This document shows positions 8,481 through 13,793 of a DNA stretch of 13,793 nucleotides, in pieces. The stretch covers positions 1-13,793 of the forward strand of contig JBMFOB010000026.1 of NCBI GenBank assembly GCA_049969855.1. The letters run 5' to 3'. Within the stretch, counting starts at the first letter, position 1, and every line of letters begins with the position of its first letter. Position numbers and translations under genes: made by a program. A model generated the notes under the pieces. It saw only the letters and a list, made by a program, of their open reading frames with translations, was not told where the DNA came from and ran no database searches. This DNA is from Candidatus Bathyarchaeia archaeon. GTDB taxonomy: Archaea > Thermoproteota > Bathyarchaeia > Bathyarchaeales > Bathycorpusculaceae.

Positions 8481-8506
8481 AAGAAACTTAGTGGCGGAGC
8501 ACAAAA

Positions 8507-9664
8507 TTGTTTGCCTATGGAATATTCAAGGTCATATATGCGCCACATAAAGCGTTTAAGGAGATAATTCAAGACCCAAAATATTTTGGACCAATTTTAA
8601 TAATGATTCTCTTCATTGCAGCAAACACAGCGTTTGCTTACACCTTATTATCTAGGCAATACATTGAGCAGACTTTGCCCACCGCTCAGCAAAAAGACGT
8701 GTGGACTGAAAACTCCACTTTATGGACGTCTAATGGAGCGCTTCCCAAGAACAATTATGACGATTTCATAAATGGAACCTACTACGGAAACAGCAGCATC
8801 GAATTCTCCATAGTTAATAACACTCAAGTTTGGATGCAGCTAAACGATATGGGAACTGTAAACTGTTCAGGACCAGACGGCTACAGTAGCCTATATTTAA
8901 GAGTAAAATGGACAAGTCCAAAGGACAAACCCCAAAATGTAACTATTTTCCTATTTTCTTCAACTCCTTCCGACTACTTTTATTATAACCTAACAGAGAA
9001 TTTCTCGAATTCCACCTTTAACGTTTGGAACAACTTAACAATACCGCTTAGGGAAAACTGGTTGAATAATAGCCTTACTGCAAGCTGGGATAACATAACG
9101 GGCATAAAATTGGATTTCGTATGGCCTGAAAGCTCCGACATAACCATATTAATTGATGGTTTGTTTTTCGGAGGCATTTTTGAATCTTCACTAACAAATG
9201 TTGTTGGCGACCTAGTCAGTTACGCACTTTATGCTTTCGCACAGTTTGTTATTAAATGGGTTATTCTTGGAGGGCTATTATACATAATGACTAAGGCTTT
9301 TGGAGCAAAAATCTTATGGAGACCAGTGTTGATAGTGATTGGATTTACTCTTATAACCATGTTTATACAAGCAGCCATAAATGCTGCCACATTCTCGACT
9401 TTGCCAACGCTCTATTACAGGTTTGATTTGATGGGAGGCGTTAGTGGAGAAAGCGAGGTTGCCCTCACTAAAATATTGGATGAGGTGGGGCTTGTTAATC
9501 AAATTTATGGATATGTCCAAATCGCCGCATACATCTGGACTATGGGATTATGTGTAGTTGCCACTCGTTTTCTAACCCAGTTTTCTTGGACAAAAAGCTT
9601 TTTCATAGGAGCATTTTCATACTTTGCAAGCATACTACTGGTAAGCATGATATTTGGAATCTAA
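8507..9664 (+). CDS. Yip1-family membrane protein with a large extracellular beta-rich insertion
   Basis: N-terminal Yip1-type P-x-x-x-F-x-x-I motif (APHKAFKEI) plus a TM helix, then about 180 aa of Asn/Ser/Thr/Trp-rich sequence, then 4 TM helices. TTG start with GGAG SD. Lies directly upstream of ABC ATPase and permease genes. Confidence 0.75.
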   Translation: MFAYGIFKVIYAPHKAFKEIIQDPKYFGPILIMILFIAANTAFAYTLLSRQYIEQTLPTAQQKDVWTENSTLWTSNGALPKNNYDDFINGTYYGNSSIEFSIVNNTQVWMQLNDMGTVNCSGPDGYSSLYLRVKWTSPKDKPQNVTIFLFSSTPSDYFYYNLTENFSNSTFNVWNNLTIPLRENWLNNSLTASWDNITGIKLDFVWPESSDITILIDGLFFGGIFESSLTNVVGDLVSYALYAFAQFVIKWVILGGLLYIMTKAFGAKILWRPVLIVIGFTLITMFIQAAINAATFSTLPTLYYRFDLMGGVSGESEVALTKILDEVGLVNQIYGYVQIAAYIWTMGLCVVATRFLTQFSWTKSFFIGAFSYFASILLVSMIFGI

Positions 9665-9677
9665 ATTAAAAGTGAAG

Positions 9678-9725
9678 TTTATAAAAAAGGAAATTATCCC
9701 ATAAAGTTGTTTCCAACGGTTGGAA
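9678..9725 (+). promoter_or_regulatory. TATA box plus palindromic operator-like site
   Basis: TTTATAAA at 9678-9685 and a perfect 7-1-7 inverted repeat TTCCAAC-G-GTTGGAA at 9711-9725. Confidence 0.55.
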
Positions 9726-9731
9726 CCATAC

Positions 9732-10421
9732 ATGGCAATAATCCTCGGAGTCAAAGATGTTAAAAAAAGCTATCGCATGGGCAAAGTGTTAGTTCCAGCC
9801 CTGCGTGGAGTAAGCTTTGAAGTTGAAGAAGGGGCGCTGGTGACAATTTTTGGTCCTTCTGGAAGCGGAAAATCCACTTTGCTGCATCTAATAGGGTGTT
9901 TGGACCGTCCGGATGAAGGAGAAATACTAATTGACGGTGCTAATGTTCTCAAAATGAGCGATGATGAATTGGCTGAGCTTCGCCTTAAAAAAATTGGTTT
10001 TGTCTTCCAATTCTTTAATCTACTGCCAAGACTAACAGCCTTAAGAAATGTTCAATTGCCTTTAACTATTGCTGGCGCATCTGAAGAGGAAGCCTTAGAA
10101 AAGGCTGAAGAAATGTTAAGGCTTGTAGGCTTAGAGGCTCGAATGAACCATAAGCCCTTCGAGTTGAGCGGTGGAGAACAGCAACGTGTAGCAATAGCCA
10201 GAGCCCTAATTAATAATCCGAAAATTGTTTTGGCTGATGAGCCTACTGGAAATTTGGATACTAAAACTGGTTGGGAAATAGTGCAGTTAATGAAAGAATT
10301 GAACGAAAAGAAGGGACAAACCTTTGTGATTGTCACCCATGACCCTCACGTGGCAGAGACCGCTGACCGCATCATCCATTTGAAAGACGGTTTAGTTGAA
10401 GGAATAAAAAGAAGCGCCTAA
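9732..10421 (+). CDS. ABC transporter ATP-binding protein (LolD/MacB/SalX-type)
   Basis: Walker A GPSGSGKST, Q-loop GFVFQFFNL, signature LSGGEQQR, Walker B VLADEPTGNLD and H-loop VTHD. ATG 9732 preferred over TTG 9720. Confidence 0.95.
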   Translation: MAIILGVKDVKKSYRMGKVLVPALRGVSFEVEEGALVTIFGPSGSGKSTLLHLIGCLDRPDEGEILIDGANVLKMSDDELAELRLKKIGFVFQFFNLLPRLTALRNVQLPLTIAGASEEEALEKAEEMLRLVGLEARMNHKPFELSGGEQQRVAIARALINNPKIVLADEPTGNLDTKTGWEIVQLMKELNEKKGQTFVIVTHDPHVAETADRIIHLKDGLVEGIKRSA

Positions 10422-10433
10422 GAGGAATAAAAC

Positions 10434-11699
10434 ATGAAAGCAAGCAAAATATTATTCATAGCTTGGGACAATCTGAAACAGAGAAAACTGAGAACTTCGC
10501 TTACAACCCTCGGCGTCATCATAGGAATCACAACAATAATAGGAATTGCTTCTCTTGGCGAAGGTTTCCGATTAGAAATAAGACAAAGAATGGAGCAAGG
10601 CTTCGAACTCGACGTCCTAATAGTATTTCCAGGAAGCTTCACAGCAGGCTTAACAGAAGGATTCAACCAGACGGATGTTGAAAACATCAGAAACATCCAT
10701 AATGTAACTCTTGTAACACCACTAATAACAATGCCTATGGTGGAAGGAATGGAGTTACGCAACAGCGAAACAAAGCAAAAACTAGGCGCATTTACTATTG
10801 GCGCCGTAAACTTTACTGAAATGAAAGAAATGCTTCCATTGCGATTTAATGTTTCAAGCGGAAGATTCCCAGAGTCAAATGAAAGTTCATTCATTGTTCT
10901 TGGCTATAAAGCAAGCATTGTTAACGAAACTACAGTTGCAAATGTAGGGGAAAACGTTTCTTTAGTCCTTTCTGGATATCCTGTTAAAAATTTCACAGTC
11001 TCTGGAATATTAGCAAAGGGAGGTACATCTGGAATAACAAATTTTGATTACTGGGCTTTTATTTCAATTGAAGACGCTCATCCAATGATGAAGAATCCAG
11101 ATAAGCCTTATCAAATTATTCTTGTGAAGGTTTCTGACCCGCGATATGCAGAGAGCGTTGCTAAAGAGATTGAGAGTCTTTTTCCGCCATATTCCATTAC
11201 TGTTTTTGTGCCTTCTGCTTTGATGCGTCAAGTTGACTACATTTTAAACATTGTTCAAATGTTTTTGGTGGCTATTGGCTCTATTTCGCTTTTGGTTGCT
11301 GGAGTTGGCATAATGAACATTATGACTGTTGCGGTTATGGAAAGAACCCGTGAAATAGGCATATTGAAGGCTATTGGAGCCAAAAGCCGAACAGTTTTAG
11401 GCATGTTTCTCGCCGAAGCAGCTTTGGTGGGCATTATTGGCGGTTTCATAGGAGTCTTCACTGGTTATGGACTTTCTTATGGGTTAGCGCAAATCCTCTC
11501 CAACTTTATGCAGCCTCAACGTCAAGAAACGGTTCTTCAAGCGCCAGAAACCCAAAGAATGCAGATAAACCCAGTTTTCTCACCAGAATGGACTATAGTA
11601 GCCTTTGTTTTCGCCATAATCGTCTGCATAATCTTCGGCTTATACCCAGCGAGAAAAGCCGCAAAACTAAACCCTGTTGAGGCATTACGTTACGAATAG
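10434..11699 (+). CDS. ABC transporter permease, MacB/FtsX family
   Basis: RTSLTTLGVIIGI, an extracytoplasmic domain, VAGVGIMNIM..AV.ERTREIGILKAIGA and GLYPARKAAKLNPVEALRYE. GAGG SD upstream. Confidence 0.95.
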   Translation: MKASKILFIAWDNLKQRKLRTSLTTLGVIIGITTIIGIASLGEGFRLEIRQRMEQGFELDVLIVFPGSFTAGLTEGFNQTDVENIRNIHNVTLVTPLITMPMVEGMELRNSETKQKLGAFTIGAVNFTEMKEMLPLRFNVSSGRFPESNESSFIVLGYKASIVNETTVANVGENVSLVLSGYPVKNFTVSGILAKGGTSGITNFDYWAFISIEDAHPMMKNPDKPYQIILVKVSDPRYAESVAKEIESLFPPYSITVFVPSALMRQVDYILNIVQMFLVAIGSISLLVAGVGIMNIMTVAVMERTREIGILKAIGAKSRTVLGMFLAEAALVGIIGGFIGVFTGYGLSYGLAQILSNFMQPQRQETVLQAPETQRMQINPVFSPEWTIVAFVFAIIVCIIFGLYPARKAAKLNPVEALRYE

Positions 11700-11706
11700 G
11701 CGCTTA

Positions 11707-11719
11707 GCAAGATTTATAT
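11707..11719 (+). promoter_or_regulatory. Putative BRE/TATA promoter of the TRAM-SSB-TRAM cluster
   Basis: GCAAGA followed by TTTATAT (11713-11719). Archaeal spacing predicts a transcription start near 11741-11745. Confidence 0.55.
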
Positions 11720-11742
11720 GGTTGAGTGGCTTTTCTGCATGT

Positions 11743-11809
11743 AACTAGCCATACCAAAAGCTCAGTGTCAACAAAATGGCACATGGGTTTTATGGTGAAA
11801 AGGCTGGTT
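11743..11809 (+). ncRNA. Putative structured 5' leader RNA (long imperfect hairpin, 27 bp)
   Basis: Manual pairing: 11743-50/11802-09, 11752-56/11793-97, 11757-64/11784-91 and 11765-70/11777-82, with loop ACAAAA. Five G-U pairs work only on the + strand. Confidence 0.6.
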
Positions 11810-11833
11810 CCGCGATAAGGACGAAAACACAAT

Positions 11834-12118
11834 ATGCCAAGAAGGCTACCCGAAAAAACAAAAAATGCTCCAAGAAAACCAAGGAGATATGGAAGCCACA
11901 GTAGATTCCGCTCATCAAGACCATTCTTCCCAATGACGCCTGTAAAAGAAAACCAAGAAATAGAGGTTGTCATAGACGACATTGGAAGCAGAGGCGACGG
12001 AATAGCAAGAATCCAAAACTATCTAATTTTCGTGCCCAGAAGCAAAATAGGCGAACGTGTTAAAGTCAGAATTCTGGCAGTTCGGGAAAAGTTTGCCGTC
12101 GCGGAGAAAATAGCTTAA
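11834..12118 (+). CDS. Single TRAM-domain RNA-binding protein with a basic N-terminal tail
   Basis: PV....EIEVVIDDIGSRGDGIARIQNYLIFVP....GERVKVRI......FAVAE is the archaeal stand-alone TRAM pattern. Confidence 0.9.
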   Translation: MPRRLPEKTKNAPRKPRRYGSHSRFRSSRPFFPMTPVKENQEIEVVIDDIGSRGDGIARIQNYLIFVPRSKIGERVKVRILAVREKFAVAEKIA

Positions 12119-12130
12119 CGGAGGACAAAA

Positions 12131-12421
12131 TTGAAAATAAAGGATTTGCGAAACGGAATGAAAAACGTAAGCATAGAAGCTAAAGTCTTAGAGAAATCTG
12201 AGGCGCATGAGGTTTTATCCAGATTCAAAGACGAAACCTACAAAGTGGCAACCGCCATAATAACCGACGAAACAGGCAAAATAAAAATGACCCTATGGAA
12301 CGAACAAATAAACCAAGTAAACGTCAACGACACAGTCAAAGTGGAAAACGGCTACATCACAAGCTTCAGAGGAGAAATCCAACTAAACGTTGGAAGACGC
12401 GGAAAACTAACAGTTGAGTGA
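12131..12421 (+). CDS. ssb: Single OB-fold single-stranded nucleic acid-binding protein (crenarchaeal SSB/RPA-like)
   Basis: KIKDL..GM.NV.I.AKV, DETG.IK.TLW and ENGY...FRG.IQLNVG..G. TTG start after GGAGG. Confidence 0.85.
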   Translation: MKIKDLRNGMKNVSIEAKVLEKSEAHEVLSRFKDETYKVATAIITDETGKIKMTLWNEQINQVNVNDTVKVENGYITSFRGEIQLNVGRRGKLTVE

Positions 12422-12464
12422 AACGCGGAAAACCATTATTAACGAAATGAGAGGTGAAAACCGG

Positions 12465-12743
12465 ATGGAAGAAAGAAGAAGCTTCGGCCAAAGAAGAGGA
12501 TTCAGAGGAAGAGGCGGAGGCAGATTCCCTCCAAAACCAGTGGAAATCGGAAAAGAATACGAAGTTGACGTTCAAGAAACAAGCCGCAGAGGCGAAGGCA
12601 TAGCCAGAATCCAAGGCTTAGTAACCTTCATACCAAACACCAAACCAGGAGACCATGTCAAAATAAAAATAACAAGGATAAGCAGAAGATTCGCCGAAGC
12701 CGAAGTTGTAGAAAAAGGAGAAGCCGAAAAAGAAGAAGAATAA
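12465..12743 (+). CDS. Second single TRAM-domain protein with an RG/RGG-rich N-terminus and acidic C-terminus
   Basis: PVEIGKEYEVDV...SRRGEGIARIQGLVTFIP....GDHVKIKI......FAEAE. Start moved from 12414 to ATG 12465 because SD GAGGTGA (12451-12457) lies 7 nt upstream. Confidence 0.9.
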   Translation: MEERRSFGQRRGFRGRGGGRFPPKPVEIGKEYEVDVQETSRRGEGIARIQGLVTFIPNTKPGDHVKIKITRISRRFAEAEVVEKGEAEKEEE

Positions 12744-12755
12744 GCGCTTTATTCC

Positions 12756-13181
12756 TCACTTCTTTTTGAAGAAAAGCCAATTTTTCTTATCTCTAAATCT
12801 CATAAGCACATAAACGCCGCTAAGCCTGCCACCGTTAATTTCTACTATGAGCTTGTCTTCCTTTCGCTCTAACAGCCTATACGTTCCCTTATCCCAAATT
12901 TCCACGGTGCCCGCTCCATACTCGCCTTCAGGAATTGTTCCTTCAAAATTTGCATATTCAACTGGGTGGTCTTCCACCTCTACAGCCAATCTTCGAATGC
13001 CTGGCGTGGTAGGCGGTTCTTTAGGTATTGCCCAACTTTTTAATACGCCGTCCATTTCTAAGCGCAAGTCATAATGCAAATGCGTAGCTGCATGTTTCTG
13101 AATCACGTAGATTTTGTTTTCGCCTTTTGGCTCTGTTGTTTTCGTGAAGTTTCTTTTTCTCCAATACTCTTCTAAGCTCAA
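12756..13181 (-). CDS. Stand-alone LigD-type DNA 3'-phosphoesterase (PE domain)
   Basis: [64 protein letters not shown] start. Confidence 0.93.
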   Translation of the reverse strand: MSLEEYWRKRNFTKTTEPKGENKIYVIQKHAATHLHYDLRLEMDGVLKSWAIPKEPPTTPGIRRLAVEVEDHPVEYANFEGTIPEGEYGAGTVEIWDKGTYRLLERKEDKLIVEINGGRLSGVYVLMRFRDKKNWLFFKKK

Positions 13182-13250
13182 TTCTCGCCCTTACCATTAT
13201 TTCACATGTAGATAAAAATAGGGAATTGCGATTAGGTTATAGTTTATGCT

Positions 13251-13670
13251 TTATATTTCTTCAAGAAGTGTTGTGAAAGTATCGTGATGCTCTTCTTCAT
13301 CCTTCAGAATGCCCATGAACAGGAAGGCTGTGGTTTCATCCTTTTCCTTTTGCGCTTGGGCTATAATTTCCTTGTAAAGCTTTATGGCGTTTTCCTCATC
13401 CTTCACGTCTCGACTTATCATTTCCTTAAGGTTTTTGCCTACAACAATCTCTGTGGGTTTTGTTGTTGGGGTAGCGCCTAAATAGAAAAGTCTTTCAGCA
13501 ATGGCTTCCGCATGCTTCATCTCCGCTATGGCTATGTTTTTCAGTTCGTCTTGAACTGCAAAGCCTTTAACGCCGCCCCATTGGATGTGCTGCCACATAT
13601 ATTGTATGGAAACTTGCATTTCTCTGGCTATTGCATCATTTAACATACCTAAAAGTTTCTTAGATGCCAT
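13251..13670 (-). CDS. bfr: Ferritin-like di-iron protein, short bacterioferritin type (139 aa)
   Basis: Ferroxidase ligands in REMQVSIQY, EMKH, EENAIKLY and EEEH. Start moved to ATG 13670 because the GTG at 13679 lies inside SD AGGTGA. Confidence 0.85.
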   Translation of the reverse strand: MASKKLLGMLNDAIAREMQVSIQYMWQHIQWGGVKGFAVQDELKNIAIAEMKHAEAIAERLFYLGATPTTKPTEIVVGKNLKEMISRDVKDEENAIKLYKEIIAQAQKEKDETTAFLFMGILKDEEEHHDTFTTLLEEI

Positions 13671-13747
13671 ATTTTTCACCTATGCATTACACTTATCTTT
13701 AAACTTCTCTTCTTATATTAAACTTGCCTAAATTTCCGTAACAGTGC

Positions 13748-13793
13748 TTATTTGCCATTTTTAGAATCGCCAATGAAATAGCCGCCTAAACCT
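13748..13793 (-). CDS. Possible 3' end of an upstream gene entering the window
   Basis: Open frame GLGGYFIGDSKNGK-stop, co-oriented with bfr. Too short to identify. Confidence 0.3.
   Translation of the reverse strand, partial: GLGGYFIGDSKNGK

Noticed and set aside
5906-11461. Short ORFs overlapping the thiolase, HMGCS, Yip1 and ABC genes
   Set aside because: Shadow ORFs inside conserved genes with no family motifs.
11743-11809. Hairpin as SECIS, H/ACA guide, K-turn RNA or intrinsic terminator
   Set aside because: The GAA/A loop is in the wrong orientation for an archaeal SECIS and no in-frame UGA gene is evident. There are no tandem G-A pairs, no ACA box right after the stem and no following U-tract.
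11802-11830. Hammerhead-ribozyme-like string CTGGTTCC-GCGATAA-GGACGAAAAC
   Set aside because: It resembles stem II plus GAAA, but the obligatory CUGANGA core is absent and I found no stem I/III with a cleavage triplet.
12414-12464. 17-aa N-terminal extension of TRAM2 from GTG 12414
   Set aside because: A strong SD (GAGGTGA) positions ATG 12465 as the more likely start.
11704-12614. Minus-strand ORFs 11704-11982 and 12366-12614
   Set aside because: Antisense to the TRAM/SSB genes. Their Phe/Ser-rich composition just mirrors the A/G-rich sense strand.
12847-13481. Plus-strand ORFs 12847-13074 and 13284-13481
   Set aside because: Antisense shadows of the phosphoesterase and ferritin-like genes.
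1-13793. CRISPR arrays, tRNA/rRNA genes, transposases, integrases and defence systems
   Set aside because: No regularly spaced repeats, cloverleaf or mobile-element motifs were seen, and all intergenic gaps are under about 135 bp.

Overview
Gene-dense archaeal chromosomal segment. A TACK lineage such as Bathyarchaeia is my inference from gene content, BRE/TATA promoters, GAGG/GGTGA Shine-Dalgarno sites and frequent TTG/GTG starts. The left minus-strand block holds a truncated ABC ATPase, a large double-FtsX permease, nicotinate phosphoribosyltransferase, two membrane proteins and a TIGR04076 protein. A divergent plus-strand block follows: thiolase-fold protein, DUF35-HMG-CoA synthase fusion, Yip1 protein, MacB/LolD-type ABC ATPase and permease, then TRAM-SSB-TRAM. 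At the right end a stand-alone LigD phosphoesterase and a short bacterioferritin-like protein converge on it. Two observations stand out. First, the thiolase/DUF35/HMGCS module is rewired: the thiolase has lost its canonical catalytic Cys/His residues, while DUF35 is fused to a catalytically intact but remodelled HMGCS. Second, a long G-U-rich, strand-specific hairpin sits in the predicted 5' leader of the TRAM-SSB-TRAM cluster. I saw no rRNA, tRNA, CRISPR array or mobile element. Family assignments come from motif recognition by eye, not database searches.
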